A stretch of 63,684 bases of DNA, filler included, from Octopus bimaculoides (Eukaryota): the NCBI RefSeq assembly GCF_001194135.2. It is 6 parts of 6 records of this genome, joined end to end, with 100 filler letters (N's around TTAATTAATTAA, not from the genome) between each part and the next. Parts side by side here need not be neighbours in the genome. Positions count along the whole stretch, not along the records: positions 8,122 to 22,592 come from NC_068990.1; positions 22,693 to 47,230 come from NC_068985.1; 4 more parts are not named here. One strand, given 5' to 3'. Of this stretch, positions 11,086 to 22,913 are shown piece by piece. Numbering within the stretch: position 1 is the stretch's first letter; every line of letters begins with the position of its first letter. A program made the position numbers and the translations under genes. Under the pieces are notes generated by a model. It ran no database searches and was not told where the DNA came from. It was given only the letters and a program-made list of their open reading frames with translations.

Positions 11086-11229
11086 TTACGAGACTTGTGC
11101 TAGGATTTAACGACCCAAGTTAATGGCTTTTCCTTTTAACAGGCATCAGTAATATACTTGAGCAACTGTGAGTATTCCTTAAACGATCTTGACCAGCTCT
11201 GCTCATACATATACAAATACATGGTCATC

Positions 11230-11580
11230 ATTGACTACCGACGGACGTTTATTCAGCTGGAGCATCTGCCATCAATTGTTTAGGTATTCAAACAAGATAT
11301 AAAAATGAATATGGGATCAGACAAATGTGAGAAAGCTACTATGGGAAGAGGCGAATTAACTGAAACTAAGAATATTAAATTTGACGCGAACACCGAAATC
11401 AGAGAATTAATAGCAGAACCATGTCATAAAAATCCTGAAAAGAATGAAACTGATAGGATGATATATACAGAAATAAAAGAGAAAATTAGAAGAGTCCGAC
11501 AGATGTGTAATATTAAAACCGAAATCAATGCTGGAAATAAGATAGTAGCATAAATAAGTTAGTTATCTCTGATATAAATT
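11230..11580 (+). mobile_element. decayed R4/Dong-like LINE, RT C-terminal part (continues 10205-10840)
   Basis: QDIKMNMGSDKCEKATMGRGEL..IREL..EIKEKIRRVR..KTEINAGNKI matches DI.M.FG.DKCAK..KRGK..KEKI.KEY.RR.R..L..ELN..NKI. Confidence 0.85.
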
Positions 11581-12339
11581 GTACCTTCAGCCCACGGCAT
11601 ATCGATGCGGTCCAAGGTGGGGAGAAACACACTGTGGTTGTGGTTTAGTTCTTTTTTCTGTTGTTATTTTTGTTGCAGGGGAGTGAGTTTCTGTTGCTGT
11701 TATTGTTGACGGTGATGTGGCAGCTCTTGAAGGCAGTGCATCTTTTGTTATTGCTGATGCTAGTACTTCAGCTGCTTTTGTAGGTGCTGCATCTGTACAC
11801 CACCGTTCTTCCGGTTGTTCGCTCTGGGTTCTTCTATGGTTCGCTCTAAGATCCTTCTATGGTATTGTGACATTTGATCCTGGTCTACCGGTGTGTCGTT
11901 CTACTTCTGACATATATTGTTATGCTTTGTTAAATCGAACTAAACAGGGAGTTTTTGCAACACCATTTATGGCTTTTAACTGTGCCTCCACTGCTGCTGC
12001 TAATGCTTTGCTGCTGTTATTGCTGCTGCTGTTGCTGTTGTTTATAACTAGTGTCACTATAGTTGCTTCGTTACTGTTTCTGCAGCCCTTCACTGCCCTG
12101 GCCTGCTTAACAAGATACAATAAAGGAATTACAACTGTAACCATCTGGGAAGGAAAATACGGCAAACTTAAGAATCTTCTAAAACACGTTCGGCTACGGC
12201 AACAAGCAACAACAACAATAAATTATAATAATATCAGGAATAATAATAATAATGATACTCTATTCACTACAAAGGCCACAAAAATATGGAGGATCATACA
12301 AAAACAAAGGACAGTGGGGATTTACATAAAGACGTATAA

Positions 12340-13130
12340 GCAATAAAAAGAATAGTAAACTACGAGTTCTGTCGTTAGCTTTGTTGTAGCAGTTTCTAGT
12401 CCTGCAGTTACTACCAATGTTAGTACTTGTGCCGCTGTTGTAATCGCAGCAGCTGCAGTTGTTTGTGTTGTTGCTGCTATTGGTGCTGTGATAGGTACTG
12501 CTAATCACCCTGTCACCGGGATGCTGTTGTTCCCCTTTTCTTCACTGCTGCTGTTGCTGCTTTTGCTGTATGGGCTGCGATGCTGGAATTAGTGTGTATG
12601 CGGAGGGGGATCTCACATACTTTTATTTGTTGAGGACAAAAAGCTCTTAACTGTTTTTCAGCACTACACAAATTACAGTATAGATTTCTGATCTCAAGTG
12701 CAACACGCAGCTCCACTCCATTGTTGATAAGATTTGAAGTCTTTTTCACATCCTCTGGTTTGATCAGGAAGGGGACCTACTCTCAAATAAAAACTCATCC
12801 ACATTTCATTTTACGTCAAGTAATGTTCCGCTGCCCTCGATAATAACGCAGATTAGAACCACCTAAAGTCGAGTCGAGGTGGAACTCGCTCTATCTTAAC
12901 GTGGCAGGTCCTCCCAAATATATTGGATAAAGAATGATTTCCATACTGCGTATGGAAACCATGGAGGATTCCCACACGCGAGGGTTTCGCTTCTGAAGAA
13001 GACCTCAACGTTCTCAAACTGCTTTGTCTTGGTCACATATTCTCTGTCTGACCATATATCTCTTACACGCAGTTACTGCCAAAACCCCATTTGGGATTGC
13101 AAATTACAACTTGGTCTTCTCGCCCGTTAA
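12340..13130 (-). pseudogene. decayed gag-like ORF1 of a non-LTR retrotransposon (RRM-like region plus CCHC knuckle)
   Basis: Frameshifted reading VRDIWSDREYVTKTKQFENVEVFFRSETLA / SMEIILYPIYLG / RTCHVKIERVPP, then LRVALEIRNLY-C-NL-C-SAEK-Q-LRAF-C-P (CX2CX4HX4C with H to Q, one base change), followed by an Ala/Thr-rich linker. Confidence 0.6.
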
Positions 13131-13907
13131 TGTTCACAAGTTGTTCGTGTCATTGGTGCCTTCTTGATAAGGGAGAGTGAGGAGTATTTGGTTGGCTTAA
13201 CCACCATACCCTCAAAAGATTACCTGCCTATGAGTCGCCTTACAACTTACTTTGTCGTCATCTTCAACGTTGTTGCTTTTGCTGCTGCTTTTGCTGCTGC
13301 TACTGCTGCTGCTACTGCTGCTGCTGCTGTTGTTGTTGTCATTGTTGTTTAACTGCTGTTGGCGTTGCTTTTGATGCTGTCGCTGCTGTCGCTGGTTTTG
13401 ATGTTGTTGCTATTGCAGCTGTTGATGCAGTTGTTGTAGCTACTGGTATTTTTGTTATAGGTCTTTTGATTCCTAATGCTAGTGTTAAAGTTGTCGTTGT
13501 TGTTACTGTTTTCATATACGTCTGTTTCTCCCTCATTGATGTCACTTTTGGTCGAGATAGAAATGTTTGAGTTGAGACATGAGGGGTTATCAGTATCAAC
13601 TATCTTCGTCAGAAGAATCATTTCGTCTCCTACCATTTCATGCAATGTAATGGGCATGTGGTCTGGTTTTGTAATAGAATTAATCATTAAAATTTACGAT
13701 ATGGTATAAGTTTACGATATGGAAATTTTTATTGCAAGAAAAGCGCTTCTGAGGGTACACATTTACTGTCCTCGTCTTTCCACTATGAAATAAAGGTCTT
13801 TATTTAACAAATATTTCCAGTAAAAACAACTAACCTTTTACGACCTGAAGAGAATCCGACACAGAACAAAAGCAACGACAACAACAGCAATAATAATCAG
13901 TGTTTGT

Positions 13908-14116
13908 GTTATTGACCCAGGACCTGAAATTTTGAGGAAGGAAATAGTCGATTACATTGACTTCTAGCATTTGATTCTAGGACTTATTTTTATCCACTTT
14001 CTAAGGGTGAAAGGGGACGTTGACCTCAACAGGATTTGACCTTAGAACGTAAGGGGCCAGTGCAAGCAAAATGCATTTGGTCCGAAACTCCACCGTTTCT
14101 GTCAGAACACCGCTTT
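13908..14116 (-). mobile_element. SINE family A, old copy
   Basis: Reverse-complement blocks ggacctgaaattttgagg..tagtcgattacattgac..gaaaggggacgttgacctc..ggatttgaccttagaacgtaa..ttctgtcagaacaccgc. Confidence 0.75.
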
Positions 14117-14126
14117 ATTAATTCTA

Positions 14127-14253
14127 CAGGGTGTCTACAAAGTCTGGGTACATGGGGATTAACACATACTTTAAGAAATTATTATTTCTTATATTTAATT
14201 GTTTATGTTATGATTTTATTTACTCCATGTACCTAGACCTTGTGGACACCCTG
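14127..14253. mobile_element. Tc1/mariner-type MITE, 127 bp
   Basis: 29-bp TIRs cagggtgtctacaaagtctgggtacatgg (14127-14155) and ccatgtacctagaccttgtggacaccctg (14225-14253), 3 mismatches; TA on both sides (14125-26, 14254-55). Confidence 0.92.
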
Positions 14254-14260
14254 TACTATA

Positions 14261-14445
14261 GTCACAAGGCTTGAAAGTTAATTATATTGACTCTAGTGGT
14301 CAACTGGTGTTTATTTTATCGAGTGCGAAACAATAAAGAGCAAAGGCTACTTCGACAGAGTTTGAACTCAGGGCATAAAGACAGACGAAATGCCGGGAAA
14401 TATTTCGTCCGGAGTGCTGTCAGTTCTGCCAGCTCACCGCCTTAA
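14261..14445 (-). mobile_element. SINE family A
   Basis: tttgaactcag..aaagacagacgaaatgcc..ttctgccagctcaccgcctt is the reverse complement of the family A head. Confidence 0.85.
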
Positions 14446-15121
14446 CACAACGACAGTAATAATAGTGATAATGTAGCAATAACCTAATGATGAGCTCAGT
14501 AAATGTCTAGAATTTGAAACGTTGCCAAAAAATAAGTATAATAGAACACCACCACCACCATCACCACCACTACTACAACCACTATCACCAGAAATACTGT
14601 CACCACTACTATCGACACCACCACCGCCAACACCACACGGAACAAGAAAAGATGAAGTAAAACAGCAACAAGATAAGCTGAACATATTTCACAACACTCA
14701 CACTAACATCATTAAATCGATTTCTCTTGCAAATATTTATTAATTTTTCTTTTAAATCAATTAATATTAACTGTTTGGATTTACTGCGTTCACTTCATGC
14801 AAGCACACACACAGACACGAAAATACATATAAAAACACACAAACACACACATACACTCAGATATATACACATGTAAAGACATATGTGTCTATATATATAT
14901 TCATGGACACAAACACATATACGCACATATATGTGTGTGTGTAATCTACATTATATGTCTACATATATCGATATGCAAACATGTATGTATATATATATAT
15001 ATATATATGCACACGCGCGTGCACACACACGCACACACACATATCTTTATCTTCCCTTGCTTTTGTATCTGATAAGTCACCCTAGATGTCTTTATCTATA
15101 TTGTTTGTTGTTGCTGTTTTC

Positions 15122-15189
<68 letters not shown>

Positions 15190-15789
15190 GAAAAAAAATG
15201 TTTCTGAGTTGATTTTAAAAGAACATTCGCCATTTTAGAAATTTTTGAAGATGTATGAAAAGTGTTTTTTGAAGAATGAGACAATAGGGCAGACAGAGCA
15301 ACTACGATAAGATCAGGCAAATGAAAAGAACTACCTTGGAATTTGTTCAGAAAAGAATTATAACTATCAAAAGACTATTTAGAACAATGGTAAACGAAGG
15401 AATTAGAAAGCGAGATAGAAATCTTTGGCAGAATAAATGAAATCACAGAATTCAGCGAGGTACCTAATAATGTTGTTTCGTAAAGCAAATATAAGGAATA
15501 TATTTTAGTGAAGTAAATCTACAAACTGGTGAAATAAATAAACACATACACAGTCTGTCACCTCATATAGGTGTGTGTGTGTGTGTGTGTGTGTGTGCGT
15601 CTGTGTGTGTATGCGTCTGTGTGTCTGTGTATACGCTACTCACACACATAAATGTACACATATATACACATCTGTATATGTATTTAAATACTAACATATA
15701 TGCATACATACGTATATGTGCATATGTATATATGTGTATATACATATGCGTATATATAATATATATAGTTATATGTGTACATATATACA

Positions 15790-15823
<34 letters not shown>

Positions 15824-16759
15824 NNNNNNNNNNNNNNNNNNNNNNNNNNNNNNNNNNNNNNNNNNNNNNNNNNNNNNNNNNNNNNNNNNNNNNNNNNNNN
15901 NNNNNNNNNNNNNNNNNNNNNNNNNNNNNNNNNNNNNNNNNNNNNNNNNNNNNNNNNNNNNNNNNNNNNNNNNNNNNNNNNNNNNNNNNNNNNNNNNNNN
16001 NNNNNNNNNNNNNNNNNNNNNNNNNNNNNNNNNNNNNNNNNNNNNNNNNNNNNNNNNNNNNNNNNNNNNNNNNNNNNNNNNNNNNNNNNNNNNNNNNNNN
16101 NNNNNNNNNNNNNNNNNNNNNNNNNNNNNNNNNNNNNNNNNNNNNNNNNNNNNNNNNNNNNNNNNNNNNNNNNNNNNNNNNNNNNNNNNNNNNNNNNNNN
16201 NNNNNNNNNNNNNNNNNNNNNNNNNNNNNNNNNNNNNNNNNNTATATATATATATATATATATATATTTGTACATACATATATGAATATATATGTGTGTT
16301 GATGTAGGTGTGTGCGTGTGCGTGTGTATGTATGTATGTACGCATATTTTAAAACTTTACAGCTTATTGTTTGTTTTCCTAAGTTTAGTGTTCATTTGTA
16401 CATTTAAGTTTTTATTTATTTAAGTTTTTTCTGTTGATAACGAATGGTAGGATTTGATTAAAATGTCAGGTAAAATAGACTCTGTTGATATTGTTGTTGC
16501 AAATTTAGTTGACTTTTTTTTTTCTCTCTCTCTCTTTTTTTTTTATGTGTTTATCTTCAAAACAAAAGAGTTCCAAATGAAATAACGTGAAAAGAGAGTC
16601 AAAAGAAACAAATAGAAAGATAGAATAGATACTTCGTAGGAGCAGAGGGTGGGAGCTGGTTACAGCATTAGTAAGGGGTGAGAGTTGGAAGGATATAAAC
16701 ATAATGAGTGTTGGTAGTCGCGATGAGGGTGATGATGGTGATTGATTGGGATACTGCTA

Positions 16760-16957
16760 TTGTTGTTGTTGTTGTTGTTGTTGTCGTCATTGATGATATA
16801 CATGATGATGATGATGATGATGATGAGGAGGAGGATGATGATGATGATGATGATGATGATGGTGATGATGAGGAGGAGGAGAATGTTGATGGCGCTGAGG
16901 ACCATAGTGGTGATGATGTTAATTACGATGATAATCATAATGATGATGTCTATTATT

Positions 16958-16993
<36 letters not shown>
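16760..16993. repeat. trinucleotide mosaic (GTT)n/(GAT)n/(GAG)n/(ATT)n
   Basis: Directly visible. Confidence 0.9.
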
Positions 16994-17369
16994 GGAGTAA
17001 AATATATGAAGCCCAGTATACCCATCATGTCTACCCATCTGATAAGGGTACACCAGGAACATGCATCTCAATCATATGTGCGTGACATGGTGAACTCATA
17101 TCAAGATAAACAGCCCATCCCGCTCAAAAGGTACCCGAATAAGGTTCGTTTAAGGATCTTGAGCAAAACACCCATGTTTCCAAAGGTGAATTATTCAAAC
17201 CCCAAAGAATTCCTCTCAACACATGGCGATGATGCTCCCCCACTACTTCTGCTCGTGATCAGAGATGCACATATCATCAGGCACCAAGGGAAATGCTCAA
17301 CTGGTTATGGTCAAACCCCTGACAAGCAAATCTGTAGTATTAAGCAGAGTATTTGCTGTAGCCCATCTT
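16994..17369 (-). mobile_element. (AAT)n-tailed non-coding retroposon, copy 1 (truncated, internal deletion)
   Basis: Clearly homologous to 17457-17974 (gaagccc..tatacccatcatg..gataagggtacaccagg..tcccgctcaaaagg..gtgatcagagatgc..atttgctgtagcccatctt); lacks about 50 bp present in copy 2. Confidence 0.85.
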
Positions 17370-17400
17370 GTTGTTGTTGTTGTTGTTATCATTATTGTTA

Positions 17401-17456
<56 letters not shown>

Positions 17457-17974
17457 GAGTGAGAGAGCAGTGCATGCCATCAAAGTGACACTGGGGTACA
17501 ATTATACGAAGCCCAATATACCCATCATGACTACCCGTCCGATAAGGGTACACCAGGCACGTGCATCACAGCCATATGTGCGCGACGTGGTGATCTCATA
17601 TCAAGATAAACATCGCTTGACCTTACAGGTGGGACTCAATTAGAATTTTTTTCGGGTTGAGTATCACATCCCGCTCAAAAGGTCCCTGAATAAGGATTGT
17701 TTAAGGATGCTGAACAAAACACCCATCTTCCCAAAGGTGAATTATACAAACACTAAAGAATTCCTTTCAACATATGACTATGATGCCTCCCCCCACTACT
17801 TCTGCTAGTGATCAGAGATGCATATATCATCAGCCACTAAGGTCAAGCAACTGACAAACAAATATATGGTATTGAGCAGAATATTTGCTGTAGCCCATCT
17901 TTTATACCAAGACAAAACAGTGTACATGATAATATTTTCAATCGGTTAAGATCAGGAACCATGAGAGCCAGGGC
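17457..17974 (-). mobile_element. (AAT)n-tailed non-coding retroposon, copy 2
   Basis: As above; preceded on the plus strand by (ATT)n at about 17397-17456, i.e. an (AAT)n tail on the minus strand. Confidence 0.85.
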
Positions 17975-18011
17975 GATTCACACCTCTAAATTTCCATTCG
18001 ATATTTAATCG

Positions 18012-18052
<41 letters not shown>

Positions 18053-18570
18053 CGCGCGTGTATACATAAATAATATATATATATATATANNNNNNNNNNG
18101 CGCGCGCGCGCGTGTATACATAAATAATATATATATATATATATATATATGCATATATACATACGTATATGTACATACTTACATCTATACGTATATATAA
18201 ACATGTATATGTGGGCACAGGACGTCACGAAACGTGTACAACCAAAAAGTACGAAGCACGAATAGATGGAATCTTATTGAATATCAAAAAATGCATCATC
18301 GATTGTGTCCTTAAAACGATATGGTGCAAATTGAAAGGATTTGGCTGGAACTTCTCACAAAGAACAGGGACTCTTGACGCCAGATGAGGAAGAACAGTAG
18401 CAGATGCAGTTTATTGTCTGTAGTTAGTGAGGTGGGTGGTGGTGGTAGTGGTGGTGAAGCTCTTGTATTTTTAATTTCTACGTTTTTATCATTGTTATGT
18501 AGTTTTTATATTGATTTTTGTCATTGTTTCTAGCTATTATTCTTGCCATTATTTACTAAAATCTTTATTG

Positions 18571-18748
18571 CTGGGCAAAATGACTTGTGGTAACTAATCA
18601 CTTCCAGCACTTTGCGTTCCGAGTTCAGATCTCACCGATATTAACTTTGCCTTTAATTTTTACTTTCGGAATTCGATAAAATAAAATACCTGTCAAGTAC
18701 TAAGGTTAACGTAAACCGAAATTGAGGCCTTGTATTTATAGAAAGATA
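18571..18748 (+). mobile_element. SINE family A, old copy
   Basis: ttgcgttccgagttcagatctcaccga..aactttgccttt..tttcggaattcgataaaataaaatacc..gaggccttgt. Confidence 0.75.
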
Positions 18749-19429
18749 CTTTTTACTTTTACAATCCGAGTCGTCTTCTTATTAAATTTGTTGTTGATGC
18801 TGTTTTCTTAGTGTTGATGATGATAATGACGACAACGAAGATGACGATGATTATTATGTCGTTATTATTACTGAAGTTACTTTGCACTTATGTAGTGGCT
18901 GTTAATACATTATTAGCCAAGAGTAAGATTGAAGCTGTGAGTTCGATCCCACTCCACGAGATTTTTTTTATATTTACCCTCATTTGGTAGTAGAAGACAA
19001 TTGAAGAACGAAAGATGAAAGACGCAAAATTTGCAACGCAAAAGTTGTATGCTATCCTCAGAATTACAGGTGTATAAAGAAGTGGATGCTCGTATAAAGA
19101 TATGGAGGTTCATATTTATTATTGGTTTCCTGGTTCGAACAGTCCTACGACATTGTATGTAGTCGATCCACCCAATAAGTTCGATTTGAGGATGAAGAAC
19201 GCAAGATTCACAAAGTTATTCCTTAGGGGAAGACGTCATTGCTTACTCCAATATACAGAGTTTATCGTATGATATGTCAGAGAGTGTTAAGTTGGATCTG
19301 TTCCATTTCTATAATACATAGTATTTTCTTGAATGGTATGTAGTGTGTCAGTCTGCTCCACTTCTATATTCTTATATGATATGTCGTAGTGACAATCTTG
19401 GCGTGTGTCATATGTATACGATATAGCAT

Positions 19430-19800
19430 TGAATGAACCTGTACAGCGGTGGTGAGTATTACACTAGGAAGTGTGGGAGTCGACACGTACAATGTGGTCA
19501 GTAGCATTTTAGAGAATAATGGGTGGACATATTAGAGAAGGGACAGGTTGGAATGGTAGCCAGTAGGTCAGTAGGGATTATTGGAGTGGACATGTACAAT
19601 AATGATCAATGAGGTCGGTAGGGAGTATTAGAGTGGACATGTACAATAGCGGTGAGTAAAATGTTTGAGAGTTCTGAAGTGGACATGTATATTAGGGGTC
19701 ATAGAGACATTAAATAGTGGACCGGTGCAATAGTGGGGAGTATGTCATAGTACAAGAGTGGTCAGTAAGACATTAGAACATATTGGACATGTACAATGTT
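19430..19800. repeat. degenerate minisatellite, core GAGTGGACATGTACAAT
   Basis: Core at 19477, 19521, 19584, 19631, 19677, 19715, 19781, with irregular spacing (38-66 nt) and variable spacers. Confidence 0.8.
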
Positions 19801-19899
19801 TAAATTCATCTGCATTAAACAACATTTTGTAATTTCAGACTAATTGTAATCTATTAAGACATTACCATTCAAATATGTTTCTCTCTTTTATGCCACCAG

Positions 19900-20640
19900 C
19901 ATCTTCACACTAACGCCAGCAATATAAACAACACTACAACATCGCTGCAGTCATTGACACCACTATCACTACCACCACCATCGTCACCATCACTACTACC
20001 AACAACGCCAACAACACCAGCACCACGTCAACCAAGTCTCCCATGACAATAATAATGAATTATTTTCATTTAAATAAATTCATTATATAAAAAAATATTA
20101 TTGAATGGAAAATGTCACGATTTAACATGACCTCATTTTAAGTTTTTATAAAGCTGCTCGTAGCGATGATGACGATAATGATGTTTTTGTTGAGGACATA
20201 TTGTTGATATTGATGTTGATGTTTCTGGGTTTATTTTAGATCTTATTGTTGATGTTGTTGTCAATAGGATTTCAGTTGGCAGGTGTAGTATGGATAATGA
20301 TCGCACTGGTCAAGATGTTGTAGTTGTTGCTATTATTGATTGTGGCGGTGGTGATTATAGTGATGATTGTGGCGGTGGTTGTAATGGTATCATCAGTGTA
20401 GTAGTGGTGGTAGTGGTCACGGCTATAGTTATAAGTACGTGTAGTGTTAGTACCGGTGAAATGACAGAGGTAGTTGTAGTTGCAGCAGCAGCAGTAGTAG
20501 TAGTAATAGTAGCAGCAGCAGTAGTTGTAGTAGTTGTAGTAGTAGTAATTGTTGTTGTAGTTGTGGTGGTGGTGGTGCTTTTAGTAATGATGGTAGTAGA
20601 AGCGGTAGAAGTAATAGATGGTTGCATTGACAGTTTCGTA
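19900..20640. repeat. trinucleotide low-complexity region (CAC/CAA, GAT/GTT, GTA/GCA)
   Basis: Directly visible. Confidence 0.85.
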
Positions 20641-20688
20641 ATGAAAATAATAACTGGCATTACATGTTAACATCGATAGCTCTAACTA

Positions 20689-20892
20689 GGGTAGTAAAAT
20701 GGTAGAATCATTAGAGTTTCGGACAACCGACGGCCAATTACGTTTTGAGTTCAAATTCTTCCGATGACAACGTTACCTTTTAACCTTTCTGAATCAATGA
20801 AATAAAATATTATTCAAACACTAAAAGTCACGTGATCGTTTCTGTTTGTTCCCCAGTTATGAATGAGGCTTTGTGCCTTTGCAGGAAATCAC
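20689..20892 (+). mobile_element. SINE family A, old copy
   Basis: aaatggtagaatcattagag..ttacgttttgagttcaaattcttccga..aacgttacctttta..gaggctttgtgcc. Confidence 0.7.
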
Positions 20893-21199
20893 TTTCATGG
20901 ATTCTACTGAGAATGACGTGCGTTTACTTTAACTCTAAAAATCAGAGAACCGGGAAGGATTCATAGCAATAGTTACCTAAAATGGATGCTTGGAAAGTGG
21001 CAGGTATATGTAGTATTGGAAATTTGGCCCTTGCTGAGGATGGGAATGAGTTTAATCAAAGGGGTCAAAAAAAGGAAAGAAAGAGAGAGTGAGAGAAAAG
21101 GAGAAATGTGTGGAAGGAGAGGGGAAGATGGACACTTGCAATGAATGGACTCAACTGGGATTTACAGTAACTGAGAAGGAAACTCGCTTTATGGCGATC

Positions 21200-22370
21200 A
21201 CATTTGTCATTCCATCTACTGAAACTCCTATGCTGAAAGCGCACGGTAAATTGCAATTTTCGTCTGTCACCAATACTTCAAACCATGCGGATCTGCAAAG
21301 GAGTTGGATAGTCTGAGAGGTTATGGACGAAAAGACAGAAATACATTTGACAACGCGGAAGCACAAGGAGATGCCAATCGCCCGTATAGGTGGACCAATT
21401 GATAATACATACATACAAAAATAGTGATATTAACAAGCTCTATCTAAGAAGAGATAAAGGAAGTTGGGGCTTGAGATCAGTGCAGACAACCTTTGAATGT
21501 CGCATGATCTCTCTCAGACAATACTTGCTAAACAACAACAGCAAAAATAAATACGTTAAGGTAGGGTTGAAAGTGGAGAATATAATGTCCTATGTGTTAA
21601 AAGTGAGATCCACAGGAATTACTCTCTTCCTGATGGCCTCCTATACAACCCCAAATCAGCCGGACTAGCATACTTCCAAAGAAAAAAAAACTGGAGGTGA
21701 AACGCTCAGCATGTCAAAAAGACCATGCTTGGGTATGTTTCTCGAAGAAGATACTAACATTGACATGAAGCGAAGCCCCATTTTCGACTCGTGACTGCAA
21801 CATCACATCACATTTCAAAGGCTATGCATTTGTAATCCCAAAACAAGAGATTCCTATTAAATACCTAATTAACAAAAAAGACAGTGAAGCCCTTTGAGTT
21901 CCAAGATGCAACCGTAAATGTATATTATGTCATATTTCAGTAGAAGGCATCACACGTGATTAGCAGCTACCCACAGATGTCATCACGGTACTACCTCCCT
22001 ATGTGACATGACGTTGTCGTGGAAACAATATACAATGCCATTCAGAGAAAAAGATAAATACAGAGAATTCCCTGTTACTGAATACTTACACAGGTATCGG
22101 CATAAGAAATACTGGTTGAACATTCCCATCAAAACATCTGTCAAGTGTAAGCATAACAGTCCGGATATTGTTGTTTGGGACAAGAAAAAGGATGTACCGT
22201 CATAGAAGTCAGCTGTCCTGTTGATGTAAACATCTCTTTGAAAATCAATTAGAAAGAAGATAACTGTGGACAACTGCTTTGAAACCTCCTGCTTCTATAT
22301 CCAGATTACAAATTTTCATTTATCCTAATGATAATTAAAGCACTTGGTTTTTGCCTAACTGCCACATTCA
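21200..22370 (+). mobile_element. decayed R4/Dong-like LINE 3' half with CCHC finger and restriction-like endonuclease
   Basis: MDEKT..LT, SDINKLYLRRDKGSWGLRS, ITSHFKGYAF..QEIPIKYLINK, KCILC..VEGIT..SS.PQMSSRYYLPM*HDVV, NSPDIVVWDKK..IEVSCP.D (PD..D RLE motif), ..ALG; stops and frameshifts. Confidence 0.9.
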
Positions 22371-22404
22371 CGAAAACACATGTGTGTGAGTGTGTGTGTA
22401 CAGA

Positions 22405-22560
22405 TGTGACTGTGATATGAAGTTGGCTTCCCTGCCACATGTTTCTGGAGCCATTCCCACTGCGTAGCATCTTGAGCAACTATTTTCTACTGTAGCGCCG
22501 GGCCGACTCAAAACTTGTGAGTGGATTTGGTAGACAGAAACTGAAGGAAACCCTTGTATA
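22405..22560 (+). mobile_element. SINE family B 5' part
   Basis: ccacatgtttctgg..cccactgcgtagcatcttgagcaac..gggccgac..cttgtgagtggatttggtagacagaaactgaagg matches the reverse complement of 46450-46600. Confidence 0.85.
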
Positions 22561-22592
22561 TATATACATATTAATATATATATATATATATA

Positions 22593-22692
22593 NNNNNNNN
22601 NNNNNNNNNNNNNNNNNNNNNNNNNNNNNNNNNNNNTTAATTAATTAANNNNNNNNNNNNNNNNNNNNNNNNNNNNNNNNNNNNNNNNNNNN
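22593..22692. other. assembly scaffolding linker 44N-TTAATTAATTAA-44N
   Basis: Same 100-bp construct as 8022-8121. Confidence 0.97.
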
Positions 22693-22854
22693 CATGACTT
22701 TGAAAGGGCCATATCGGTTTGAGACAAATCTCAATTTTTTGGGTGGAGAAATTCTCCGGTCGCTTCGTTTTCTTGTTGATAAGTCTGTATGATATGTGCT
22801 TCTTGTTTGTATTTTCAATAATTGCTTTTGGTATGTGTATTTGTACAGTGAGGT

Positions 22855-22855
<1 letters not shown>

Positions 22856-22912
<57 letters not shown>
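22856..22912. repeat. (GATA)n microsatellite
   Basis: Directly visible. Confidence 0.95.

Positions 22913-22913
<1 letters not shown>

Noticed and set aside
11590-11640. VCFSPPW resembling the Penelope WFNPP motif
   Set aside because: Only 5 residues, with no supporting RT or GIY-YIG sequence nearby.
11717-12346. 209-aa hydrophobic ORF
   Set aside because: Antisense of CAG/CAA-rich low-complexity retroelement sequence; polyL comes from triplet repeats.
16708-17458. Acidic polyD/E and polyM ORFs
   Set aside because: Trinucleotide mosaic running into a retroposon; no splice or family support.
18892-18960. tRNA gene (GAGTTCGATCCC B-box); likewise 50975-51033
   Set aside because: No complete cloverleaf or acceptor stem; SINE-type heads only.
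19430-19800. CRISPR array
   Set aside because: Repeats are degenerate, spacer lengths irregular and partly homologous, there are no cas genes, and the context is eukaryotic.
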